A stretch of 64,000 nucleotides of DNA from a virus (taxonomy: Duplodnaviria > Caudoviricetes), in IMG/VR virus record IMGVR_UViG_3300035208_002098, positions 96,001-160,000 of that record; one strand, written 5' to 3'. The notes under the pieces were generated by a model. It saw only the letters and a program-made list of their open reading frames with translations, did no database searches and was not told where the DNA came from. Position numbers and translations under genes: made by a program. Each line of letters opens with the position of its first letter. The first letter of the stretch is position 1. Below are positions 49,192 through 57,465 of the stretch, one piece after another.

Positions 49192-49271
49192 AACGAGTGG
49201 AGGGATTCGAACCCACATTTACAACTCCGTTTACGTTTATATAGTTCGTAGCTATACTCGGTTACACTCGC
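49192..49271 (-). tRNA. tRNA-Arg(ACG), D-arm absent or relocated
   Basis: GCGAGTG/CACTCGT, 8-nt linker, TATAG-CTACGAA-CTATA. Confidence 0.75.
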
Positions 49272-49917
49272 TTATGATATTATATCTTTTAACCCATTTT
49301 CTGACCGTATTATCACTAACACCATATTTTCTACCTATTGCACAATACGACATATTTTTAATCATATCATTAAGTTCTAATTCTGTTGGCCATTCAACTT
49401 TCCTAAGGTCTAATCTAATTTTATTTACTGTTCTACCATCTATTTTTTTTACTTTATTTTCCGGTAAACCTTTACTTCCAAGACAATGTGTTGGTAAAGT
49501 TGAATTACAATTTGGGCATAAAAACCTTAAATTTTCTAATCTGTTATCATTATTAACACCATTAATGTGGTCTAATATTAAAGTTATTTTTTCACCTAAC
49601 CATTCACCTTTATTACCACATTTAACACATTTATACTCTAATAAATTATCATTAATAATTCTTTTTTTTATACAAGCCCGACTTATAATCGAATCCTTAG
49701 TAAAAAGCACATCATTTTCATACTTTGTTCGAACTCCAATATTTTCACGTTTTATTGTAAAATGACTAACATCTATCTCATATCGAACCAATAATTTCTT
49801 TAATATTTTATACGAACCACCAGACTCATTCCTATTTAGTTTTACCAACACTTCTCTATAACTATTACAACCAGCAACTATTATAACCAGCTCACTCTTT
49901 TCATATCTTTTATACAT
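49252..49917 (-). CDS. HNH homing endonuclease with C-terminal HTH
   Basis: LILDHINGVNNDNRLENLRFLCPNCN. Confidence 0.9.
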   Translation of the reverse strand: MYKRYEKSELVIIVAGCNSYREVLVKLNRNESGGSYKILKKLLVRYEIDVSHFTIKRENIGVRTKYENDVLFTKDSIISRACIKKRIINDNLLEYKCVKCGNKGEWLGEKITLILDHINGVNNDNRLENLRFLCPNCNSTLPTHCLGSKGLPENKVKKIDGRTVNKIRLDLRKVEWPTELELNDMIKNMSYCAIGRKYGVSDNTVRKWVKRYNIISECNRV

Positions 49918-50059
49918 ATATCGAACCTTTATATATAAATATATCGAATAATATGAAAGTTCGAATTATTTTAAATATTATTAGGTATTCAAAATCATAA
50001 AAATATAATATTTAGTGCTCTAATCCGATTGAGCTAATGAGCCAAATATATAACGTTTG

Positions 50060-50143
50060 CGGAAGAAGTAGAGTCCGAGTCCAATGCCTTACGGCACACA
50101 TTGTTTAGCAAACAAGTCCACCAGCCCCAGTGGTTCATCTTCC
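50060..50143 (-). tRNA. tRNA-Ser(GCT)
   Basis: Loop TTGCTAA, long V-arm, G73. Confidence 0.78.
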
Positions 50144-50165
50144 ATTTAATAAGTATTTGTTTATG

Positions 50166-50237
50166 TGACCTCACTGGAATTCGAATCCAGATTTAAAGTT
50201 TAGGAAACTCCCGTTCTATCCATTAAACTATGTGGCC
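50166..50237 (-). tRNA. tRNA-Arg(CCT)
   Basis: Loop TTCCTAA. Confidence 0.85.
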
Positions 50238-50238
50238 A

Positions 50239-50481
50239 TTAAGGATTAATTTGTTGTTGAATATCTTTAATATGTGTTACAATATTTTGAACATTAACAT
50301 GTTTAACTGCTTTAGTTAAAAAATCTATTGTGGTCTCATCATTTTGATACATATCAATAGCACCTAGAATATTATTTAATTCGTTACGTAATCGTTCAAT
50401 TGGTGTTTCATTTTCTTCATATTCACCATTTGAAAATTCCATTAAATTTTCTCTAATTTTAATTTTAGTATCTCGTTTCAT
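50239..50481 (-). CDS. hypothetical protein (KIRE N-terminal motif)
   Basis: 80 aa ORF. Confidence 0.6.
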   Translation of the reverse strand: MKRDTKIKIRENLMEFSNGEYEENETPIERLRNELNNILGAIDMYQNDETTIDFLTKAVKHVNVQNIVTHIKDIQQQINP

Positions 50482-50511
50482 TGTATTAATATTATATACA
50501 ATAAATATCTA

Positions 50512-51114
50512 TCAATTCTTATAGTTCTTAACATACCTATCTTTTCTAGCAGAATTTTTATTCTTAGATTTATATGTTCCTAATTGCGAATCACAATTAG
50601 GGCATACACACCTTAAATTACTTCTAGTATTATTACTAGCATCACCATCAATATGGTCTAATATAAATACTATAGGTTTATTATTCCAAATATCTAACAT
50701 CCTACATATATCACATAAATTATTTTGTTCTTTTAAAATATGTGGTTTTATAGCTTTAGTATCATATAATATACCACGATATTGCTCTTGATTAATTAAA
50801 TAATTTTCATACGTTGAATTCATCTTATATTCACTAGAACATCTTATACTACAAAATTTTTGTTTATCATAACTAGTTGTAATACATTTACCACAATTTA
50901 AACAAATAATTTTTTTTATTGTACCAGTATTATATGGTTTAAAACCTTCAGGAAAAGTCTTCCTTGTAATCAATTGTATACCTAAACGTTTACATACTTT
51001 TTTTATGTAAGTATCACTAACACCATATATCTCACCTATTTTAGTATAGGGTAATTTTTCTTCAAAAATTAATTTTTCTAAATCACCCTTTTTGTATTTA
51101 TCTTCAAAATTCAT
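50512..51114 (-). CDS. HNH homing endonuclease
   Basis: FILDHIDGDASNNTRSNLRCVCPNC. Confidence 0.9.
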   Translation of the reverse strand: MNFEDKYKKGDLEKLIFEEKLPYTKIGEIYGVSDTYIKKVCKRLGIQLITRKTFPEGFKPYNTGTIKKIICLNCGKCITTSYDKQKFCSIRCSSEYKMNSTYENYLINQEQYRGILYDTKAIKPHILKEQNNLCDICRMLDIWNNKPIVFILDHIDGDASNNTRSNLRCVCPNCDSQLGTYKSKNKNSARKDRYVKNYKN

Positions 51115-51196
51115 AATATGTTTTATTATAAATATCTAGATAAATAATAAACGAACCAAAAGTAAATATTTTTTTAAGTTTACTTTTGGTTCGTTG

Positions 51197-51282
51197 TGAA
51201 CGAGGGGGGAGTCGAACCCACAAGTACTTTACAGTAAACGATTTAGAAGACCGTGACGCTTCCAATTACGTGCTACTCGTCC
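51197..51282 (-). tRNA. tRNA-Arg(TCT), long variable arm
   Basis: ACGGT-CTTCTAA-ATCGT. Confidence 0.8.
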
Positions 51283-51532
51283 ATTACACCATGAAGGCAT
51301 TTTTTAATGTTTATATAATTTGAATATAGTTTCTTCTATTTCATCACGAATATCTTCATCCGTTAATTTAATATCCTTCATCTCATCTTCTATCATAATA
51401 TCCTCATTAATAATAGTCATTTCTATTTTATCATCTATGTTTTTCATATGTTTATCCTTTTACTATAATTATCACAAATATACTAAATAGTTAAGATAAA
51501 TTCAATATTTTCTTAACCAATTTATTAAAAAG

Positions 51533-51612
51533 AGGTCTAGGTGGGGGTCGAACCCACATTTACAATATCCATTACCCGTAACAGTTTCGAAGACTGAGGG
51601 GATTACAAGACC
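51533..51612 (-). tRNA. tRNA-Arg(TCG), D-arm absent or relocated
   Basis: GGTCTTG/CTAGACC, 8-nt linker, CAGT-CTTCGAA-ACTG. Confidence 0.72.
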
Positions 51613-51613
51613 A

Positions 51614-52039
51614 TTACCCTATTGGTGCAACATATCTAGGGTTTTCGTTTCTTAATATAGCTATTAACTTTCTAATTTCTTTAGGTTGTTCACTATACCA
51701 ATTATTGGCTTCAATAACTAAATCATTATATTCTTCCTCACTATAACAGAATATTTTACCATCAATTTCGATATCAGTACTAGCGAGTGATAATTCCGGA
51801 TAGTCAATAATAGGTTCTAAAACAATACCAGCAACGTTAACCCAAAAATTATAATCCTCATCAGATAATTCAATTCTACCGTTACTAAATAAACTATCAA
51901 TCATAATTTTAGCATCAAATATAGTACAATTAAAATATTTTTTAGCTTCACTTATAGCATTATGTCTACCAAATTTAAATATACCGTTATACGATATTAC
52001 ATAATATTTTTTCATAATTAAATTGTTATTAGAATACAA
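51614..52039 (-). CDS. hypothetical protein
   Basis: 141 aa ORF; true start probably MKKYY. Confidence 0.65.
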   Translation of the reverse strand: MYSNNNLIMKKYYVISYNGIFKFGRHNAISEAKKYFNCTIFDAKIMIDSLFSNGRIELSDEDYNFWVNVAGIVLEPIIDYPELSLASTDIEIDGKIFCYSEEEYNDLVIEANNWYSEQPKEIRKLIAILRNENPRYVAPIG

Positions 52040-52083
52040 AGATAATACAATTAATTTAATTTACCAAATATTTTATTTTTTAG

Positions 52084-52168
52084 TACACCCGGAGGGATTC
52101 GAACCCCCAAGAACATAAAGTCACCTCTTTAGAAGAGAGGGACGCTTCCAATTACGTGCTACGGATGC
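52084..52168 (-). tRNA. tRNA-Arg(TCT), long variable arm
   Basis: CCTCT-CTTCTAA-AGAGG. Confidence 0.82.
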
Positions 52169-52178
52169 ATTTTTAAGA

Positions 52179-52264
52179 GGGAAGGGTGGGAGTCGAACCC
52201 ACGATGGAACTTACGTTCACCAGATTAACAGTCTGGACTTTTCGACCACTAAAGCAACCGACCC
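52179..52264 (-). tRNA. tRNA-Asn(GTT), long variable arm
   Basis: CCAGA-CTGTTAA-TCTGG, V-arm GAAC-GTAA-GTTC. Confidence 0.78.
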
Positions 52265-52351
52265 ATGGCGTGATTATTTGAACTAGCGTTCTGGAACTAC
52301 TAAACCTCGTCATACTCTAATCACAATAACCAATAAGTATGCAGAACCTCG

Positions 52352-52432
52352 TATTGATGGTGGGATTCGAACCCACGTTTTCAATTTACCACTACGAATA
52401 TCCAAGATATAAGCTTGGCTCGGTACATCAAT
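52352..52432 (-). tRNA. tRNA-Ile(TAT), D-arm absent or relocated
   Basis: ATTGATG/CATCAAT, 7-nt linker, CCAAG-CTTATAT-CTTGG. Confidence 0.75.
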
Positions 52433-52442
52433 ATATTTAAAG

Positions 52443-52515
52443 TGGGCCTACACAGACTTGAACTGTGAATCTTCTCCTTATGAGGGAGGTGCCTTCACCA
52501 TTTGGCTATAGGCCC
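52443..52515 (-). tRNA. tRNA(CAT), probably Ile2
   Basis: GGGCCTA acceptor typical of Ile2, loop CTCATAA, sits among Ile tRNAs. Confidence 0.8.
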
Positions 52516-52521
52516 AAACTT

Positions 52522-52818
52522 TTATACAATTTTAATAAATTCACCATTATCAATTGCTTTACCAATCCACCTATTTAAGAAAGATGCTTTAATTTGATTT
52601 TCAAAAGATGTTGTACCTAAATCAGCTGATAATTTAATGAATGGTAATTCAACTTCAGGTTTACCAATTACTTTAACAGTCTCAATAGTTTCGATTGGAA
52701 ATTGAAAAATACCTTCTTCTATTTCTACTGTATAATATAAATTACCAGAACAATAATGTGAAAATTTAGCACTTACTTTAGATTTTAATAATTGTTTTTG
52801 AACATTTAATTTTTCCAT
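52522..52818 (-). CDS. hypothetical protein
   Basis: Start taken at MEKLNV because the longer ORF overlaps a tRNA. Confidence 0.65.
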   Translation of the reverse strand: MEKLNVQKQLLKSKVSAKFSHYCSGNLYYTVEIEEGIFQFPIETIETVKVIGKPEVELPFIKLSADLGTTSFENQIKASFLNRWIGKAIDNGEFIKIV

Positions 52819-52844
52819 TTTAATAATTGTTTTTAATTTATTTG

Positions 52845-52918
52845 TCCGCTTGATAGGACTTGAACCTATAACCTCTTCCGTATCAGGGAAGTAATCTAAC
52901 CAATTGATATACAAGCGG
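52845..52918 (-). tRNA. tRNA-Ile(GAT)
   Basis: CTTCC-CTGATAC-GGAAG. Confidence 0.88.
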
Positions 52919-52934
52919 ATTTATTATTTCTTAG

Positions 52935-53010
52935 GTACCTAAATTGGACTCGAACCAAAAACTAACTAGTATAAGGCTCCACAAGCCTCAGTGCCATCCC
53001 GGCTAGGTAC
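52935..53010 (-). tRNA. atypical tRNA-His(GTG)
   Basis: 8-bp acceptor GTACCTAG/TTAGGTAC, GAGGC-TTGTGGA-GCCTT. Confidence 0.65.
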
Positions 53011-53015
53011 ATTTG

Positions 53016-53100
53016 TCGTCTGGGTGAGATTTGAACTCACGTTGAGAATTAATCTCACAGCTTATCAGGCTGTTTTCTGCCACCACTCGAATACCAGACA
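53016..53100 (-). tRNA. tRNA-Ile(GAT), long variable arm
   Basis: ACAGC-CTGATAA-GCTGT, V-arm GAGA..TCTC. Confidence 0.82.
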
Positions 53101-53146
53101 ATGTTAGACTCCGATTTTTTTCTAGGCAGAACGTTGTCTAAGTAAA

Positions 53147-53803
53147 CTACACAAGATATCGACCTTTTATCCAACCTTCATTTTCCCAGTTAGATAAGTC
53201 TTCGTTTTTAATCTTCTTATTAATATTATCTTTAGTAATCCAACAGGTACCATATTGTGAATTAGTTTCACCAACACCAGTACCACTTTTAATTTCAGAC
53301 ATTTTTAGTTTAGTTTCATTTGAATGGTTTTTATCTGTCCAATTATAAAAATATTTTCGTTCTAAAACTTCATCATCATATAATTTCTTAATAGTCTTAA
53401 CAAATTTTCCACTTCTTTTTTTAACCCAATCTGGGTTTGTTTCTCTAAGTTCTTTTTGTCTCTCATTAGATTTAAACGCATTTAATCTTTGTTCTTCTGA
53501 AGTAAAACCTCTTCCACCTTCACCACCAATCATTAGATTCATACATAAATCTTCCTTTAATAATTGTTTATTTACAAGCTCTTTTTCACGCTCTTTTAAT
53601 GATTCTCTATCTGGTAAAAATTCTAATATCTCTTTAATGAAATTTTCTTTACCATAATAATTAATTGAAAACCATAATCGTTTACCTGAACCTAGATAAC
53701 CATCTTCTAGGTTATTAGTACTATGCATTCCTATATAGTACTTATTGTTTATTACATTTGTTGTTTTATAAATGTAATGATATTGTTTTTGTCTTCTACC
53801 CAT
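53147..53803 (-). CDS. GIY-YIG (Seg-like) homing endonuclease
   Basis: Paralog of 17600 and 20004. Confidence 0.88.
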   Translation of the reverse strand: MGRRQKQYHYIYKTTNVINNKYYIGMHSTNNLEDGYLGSGKRLWFSINYYGKENFIKEILEFLPDRESLKEREKELVNKQLLKEDLCMNLMIGGEGGRGFTSEEQRLNAFKSNERQKELRETNPDWVKKRSGKFVKTIKKLYDDEVLERKYFYNWTDKNHSNETKLKMSEIKSGTGVGETNSQYGTCWITKDNINKKIKNEDLSNWENEGWIKGRYLV

Positions 53804-53854
53804 ATTTATATCGTTTATTATATAAATATAAGGTAAAGTACAAAAATGTCAAGT

Positions 53855-53928
53855 GGGTGTAAGCACGGTATCGAACCGAGTTCTCGTGATTCACAGTCAC
53901 GCACATCACCTTAATGCTTCAAACACCA
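53855..53928 (-). tRNA. tRNA-His(GTG)
   Basis: CGTGA-CTGTGAA-TCACG, C73. Confidence 0.85.
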
Positions 53929-53936
53929 TATATTTG

Positions 53937-54018
53937 AGGAAGATAGAAGAATCGAACTCCATACCTACAGGTATCCCTAGGGTTCAAGCCTAGTTTGCCA
54001 CCGATGGCGGTACCTTCC
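53937..54018 (-). tRNA. tRNA-Ser(TGA)
   Basis: CTAGG-CTTGAAC-CCTAG, V-arm. Confidence 0.8.
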
Positions 54019-54027
54019 ATAAATTTG

Positions 54028-54112
54028 CGGAGGTAGTAGGGCTCGAACCCACACGGGTGTTACCCCGACCACGGTTTTCAAGACCGGTACAATACCATTC
54101 TGTCACACCTCC
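54028..54112 (-). tRNA. tRNA-Ser(TGA)
   Basis: Loop CTTGAAA, V-arm, G73. Confidence 0.9.
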
Positions 54113-54116
54113 ATTG

Positions 54117-54187
54117 CACAGGTAGAAAGGGTCGAACTCTCACGGAAGGTTTTGGAGACCTTAATGCTACCATTACATTATACCTGT
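54117..54187 (-). tRNA. tRNA-Trp(CCA)
   Basis: AAGGT-CTCCAAA-ACCTT. Confidence 0.88.
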
Positions 54188-54195
54188 ATATTTTG

Positions 54196-54284
54196 CACAT
54201 CGGTAGGGATTCGAACCCTCATCTAATCTTACGACCCTTAAGGACTGGGTTGGAGCCAGCTAGTCACGCCTAATGAGCCGATGT
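54196..54284 (-). tRNA. atypical tRNA-Trp(CCA), long variable region
   Basis: GCTGG-CTCCAAC-CCAGT. Confidence 0.65.
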
Positions 54285-54315
54285 GTATTTACCAATATGT
54301 CAAAGAACTTTGTTG

Positions 54316-54387
54316 CGGACAAGGAGAATTTCGAAATCCCGACCCTCTGGTTAACGGCCAGACGCTCTGCCTCTGAGCTACGTGTCC
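54316..54387 (-). tRNA. tRNA-Asn(GTT)
   Basis: TCTGG-CCGTTAA-CCAGA, G73. Confidence 0.85.
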
Positions 54388-54401
54388 AATTATTTTAAAA
54401 T

Positions 54402-54437
54402 AAAAAAGCCTGAAACGTTTTTACGAATCAGGCTTTT
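54402..54437 (-). terminator. attenuator terminator, tRNA operon 3
   Basis: AAAAGCCTGA/TCAGGCTTTT hairpin plus T tract. Confidence 0.85.
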
Positions 54438-54469
54438 AAGCTTTTAATATTTTTAATATCTTATCTTGT

Positions 54470-54562
54470 TTACAAGAAATTAAACATACCTGATTCGGAA
54501 TGGATAGAACGTCTAATGTTCGACCAATTACTATGAATACTATGTATATTATTATTTCTCAT
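54470..54562 (-). CDS. leader peptide 3: MRNNNIHSIHSNWSNIRRSIHSESGMFNFL
   Basis: 30 aa ORF; codons 2-22 are only R,N,I,H,S,W. Confidence 0.9.
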   Translation of the reverse strand: MRNNNIHSIHSNWSNIRRSIHSESGMFNFL

Positions 54563-54585
54563 TTTTTCTATTTGTTTATTGTTTA

Positions 54586-54678
54586 ATTCTATTGTTTGTT
54601 TATAAATATACTGCAAAGATATGAAAAGTTTCAATACAAGTCAAGTATTTTCGCAATTATTTTCAATTTATTTTTTAA
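54586..54678 (-). promoter_or_regulatory. tRNA-operon promoter repeat, copy 3
   Basis: Near-identical to 6231-6318. Confidence 0.85.
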
Positions 54679-54700
54679 TTTGTTGATTATCAGACAATTA

Positions 54701-55228
54701 TTATTTTAAAAATTTAGCTGGTACGTGGTCAGTTAACCAGACACCGTTAGTTGATTGATAGAAAATAAACCCTTCGTTATACATTTCACCGGCTAATACT
54801 TCAAATATAATTGGTTTACCATGTCTACTACCGACATTTGTGGCCGTTTCAATATCATTACTTAAATGAACATAGTCTCTTTTTAATTTTAGTAATCCAT
54901 TTTCATTAATCGATTTAACACTATCAATACTAGTACCATGATATAATATATTAGGTGGTGTTTTACTTTCATATTGTAGGTCAATACCTAATGAATGGCC
55001 TTGACTAGCTCTGATTTTTGATTTATCATTATTAAACTCAAATCTTTTTTTATTATTAGTTCTAACAATAAACTCAAGTTCTTCAATGTCTATTTTTCTA
55101 CCATTTTTATTCATTTGTAATAGTAATTGGGTAACTTCTACCCAACCACTATTATCTAATTTTAAACCTATTGTTTCTGGTTTATGTCTTAATATAAGAC
55201 TTAAAAACCTACTATTATCGTTACTCAT
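54701..55228 (-). CDS. kptA: RNA 2'-phosphotransferase Tpt1/KptA
   Basis: SLILRH, KKRF, IRASQGHS, YHGT, VHLS. Confidence 0.93.
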   Translation of the reverse strand: MSNDNSRFLSLILRHKPETIGLKLDNSGWVEVTQLLLQMNKNGRKIDIEELEFIVRTNNKKRFEFNNDKSKIRASQGHSLGIDLQYESKTPPNILYHGTSIDSVKSINENGLLKLKRDYVHLSNDIETATNVGSRHGKPIIFEVLAGEMYNEGFIFYQSTNGVWLTDHVPAKFLK

Positions 55229-56390
55229 TTAACATTTTATTAAAGTTTTCTAATTCAAGTTCATGTATTTTTTTACCCATTTCAGGTCCGGGTTTAATAC
55301 CTAATTTTTCTATATCTTCACCGGTAACTGTAAATTTAAAATCTAAGAATTTATCAATTAATTCGATGTCCATATTGTTTAATTCAGCGAATCTAATAAC
55401 TTCATCATTAGAAATTTTAGATAAAATTTGTGATTTTTTCGCATTATAAACTAAATTTGGTTCAAAATATAAGAATGACATTAAGAAGTATATTTTACCT
55501 ATTTCATCACTAGTATATTTTAACTCAGCTAACACTTTTTTTACGAGTGCTGGTGAATTACCTTCAAATATTATGGCCATTAAAACAATTGGACTTTTAA
55601 CTTCAATTAAATTAAAATGTCTAATGTTTAAACCGGGAAAAATAAGTTTAAACATATCATAAACAAATAAACTATTTAAAAATTGTCTAACTGATTTTGC
55701 TGTTTTAACACCTTTAATAAATTCATCTCGAATTCTTTCTGGTGACACACCAATTAAGTTATTATCTTTAGTTATAGCACCAGCTGTTTTGGAGTTCATA
55801 TTAAAACCAAATCTAGCTGAAAATCTAATAGCTCTTAATTTTCTAAGTTTATCTTCATTAAATCTATCAATTGGTTCACCAACAGTTCTAATTTCGCTAA
55901 AACGTAAATCGTAAATACCATCAACTAAGTCAACTATTTGACTTTTTTCTATATCATAGAATAAAGCATTGATTGTTAAATCTCTTCTAAGTACATCCTT
56001 TTCTATAGTTGAGAATATAACTTCATCAGGTCTTCTTGAGTCGGTATAATCACCATCTTCTCTGAATGTCGCAATTTCATATTCGTCATTACCAGTAATA
56101 ACATTAATAACACCAAATGCTTTACCGGTTTCCAAGATATTAGTAACAAATGGTTGACCTTTAAGAATTTCAATTATTTTATCTGGTATTGCATTTGTAG
56201 CTAAATCCCAATCTTTTGGTTTTAACCCTAAATATGCATCACGAACTGAACCACCGACTAGGAATAAGTCAAACCCAAATGTTTTAAAAACTTTATTGAT
56301 TTTTATAACATCTTCTGGTAAATCTATTTTAAAATCTAATCTTGTTTCCATTTTATTGTTCTTTTTAATTAGGATACAAAGATAACACAA
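55221..56390 (-). CDS. cca: CCA-adding tRNA nucleotidyltransferase
   Basis: VGGSVRD, KDWDLAT, RRDLTINA, EDKLR.LRAIRF; most tRNAs here lack an encoded CCA. Confidence 0.88.
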   Translation of the reverse strand: MCYLCILIKKNNKMETRLDFKIDLPEDVIKINKVFKTFGFDLFLVGGSVRDAYLGLKPKDWDLATNAIPDKIIEILKGQPFVTNILETGKAFGVINVITGNDEYEIATFREDGDYTDSRRPDEVIFSTIEKDVLRRDLTINALFYDIEKSQIVDLVDGIYDLRFSEIRTVGEPIDRFNEDKLRKLRAIRFSARFGFNMNSKTAGAITKDNNLIGVSPERIRDEFIKGVKTAKSVRQFLNSLFVYDMFKLIFPGLNIRHFNLIEVKSPIVLMAIIFEGNSPALVKKVLAELKYTSDEIGKIYFLMSFLYFEPNLVYNAKKSQILSKISNDEVIRFAELNNMDIELIDKFLDFKFTVTGEDIEKLGIKPGPEMGKKIHELELENFNKMLNE

Positions 56391-56408
56391 TAAAATGAGA
56401 AAAACAAA

Positions 56409-57110
56409 TTATTTGTTAGAAATATCTGATAAAGATGATGAACCACCCTCAATGAATAACTCTGCTAAGTCACTACGTTGATGTGCAACATCTAATATTT
56501 TATTTATCACGACAATAATTTCTTCTGGGGTAGTCTTATCATCTAATTCATGGGCTAATTTTAATAAAGGTTCTAAACCATAGTCTGACATCATATATTG
56601 ACCATTACTAAAGGTAGGTATAACATCATCAACATTTTTAACATCATGTAAAAATTCTGAAGCTGCGTAAAAATCACGATTATTAATATAATCTTTATTT
56701 TCTGGTTCTTCTTCATGTCTTTGTCTTAACCAAGCAGAAAATTCACCATTATGTTCTTCACCGGTTTCTTGATTGTAATCAAAAACATCTAAGAATTCAT
56801 CAATAGGGAAATGTGTTGTATGACCAAATATTTCAGTTGTTGCATTTAACTTAAAAATATTTGTTAAACATCTATACTTCCAAGCTTCTATATATTTAAC
56901 CGGAAAATGTTGGAATTTACCGTTACCTCTTGTAAAATCTTGTAAGGCCTTATGGTATTGTGTTTTAGGAATTAATTTAAATTCTAGTTTTTCACCAACT
57001 TTAATCATACTTAACACTTCTCTAGTCATGTTATAATATAAATCTTCTAAATCATCAGACATTTCTCTGATTAAACTTTCCCTTAATAATGTTTTAATTA
57101 ACTGTTTCAT
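56409..57110 (-). CDS. hypothetical protein with IKxLLRE N-terminus
   Basis: MKQLIKTLLRESLIRE. Confidence 0.75.
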   Translation of the reverse strand: MKQLIKTLLRESLIREMSDDLEDLYYNMTREVLSMIKVGEKLEFKLIPKTQYHKALQDFTRGNGKFQHFPVKYIEAWKYRCLTNIFKLNATTEIFGHTTHFPIDEFLDVFDYNQETGEEHNGEFSAWLRQRHEEEPENKDYINNRDFYAASEFLHDVKNVDDVIPTFSNGQYMMSDYGLEPLLKLAHELDDKTTPEEIIVVINKILDVAHQRSDLAELFIEGGSSSLSDISNK

Positions 57111-57444
57111 CTACTATTTGAGTGGTTTCTTGCGTTACATCATTATTTTTTGGTTCAACACCAGCAACCTTTTGTTTTGTTTCATGGTATTTATTAATAC
57201 CCAATAAAGTTAATTGATGTGTTAATAACATACCTAAAATAATAACGATTTCATTAGGAATTACTTTAGTTGATATTGCAATATATATACCAGCACCTAA
57301 AGATAATATTGTTATTATTATAACTAATACTGTTATTATATAAGCTATTATTCTAGTTGAACTAACACTATTATTTTTTTCACATGATATTTTAATTATA
57401 TTTAATATTTTATTAAGATAATTAAATTTTATAAAATTTAACAT
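57094..57444 (-). CDS. membrane protein (holin-like topology)
   Basis: SSTR followed by two TM helices. Confidence 0.55.
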   Translation of the reverse strand: MLNFIKFNYLNKILNIIKISCEKNNSVSSTRIIAYIITVLVIIITILSLGAGIYIAISTKVIPNEIVIILGMLLTHQLTLLGINKYHETKQKVAGVEPKNNDVTQETTQIVDETVN

Positions 57445-57465
57445 TTTTTTTATTTTTTAAATTTG

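Larger units (their letters stand above)
49148..50043 (-). pseudogene. tRNA (Arg-like) split at the anticodon arm: 5' half 50014-50043, 3' half 49148-49184
   Basis: GGCTCAT-TAGCTCAATCGGATTAGAGCA pairs with ...GGGGA-TTCGAAT-TCCTC-ATGGGTC-A about 830 nt away. Confidence 0.75.
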
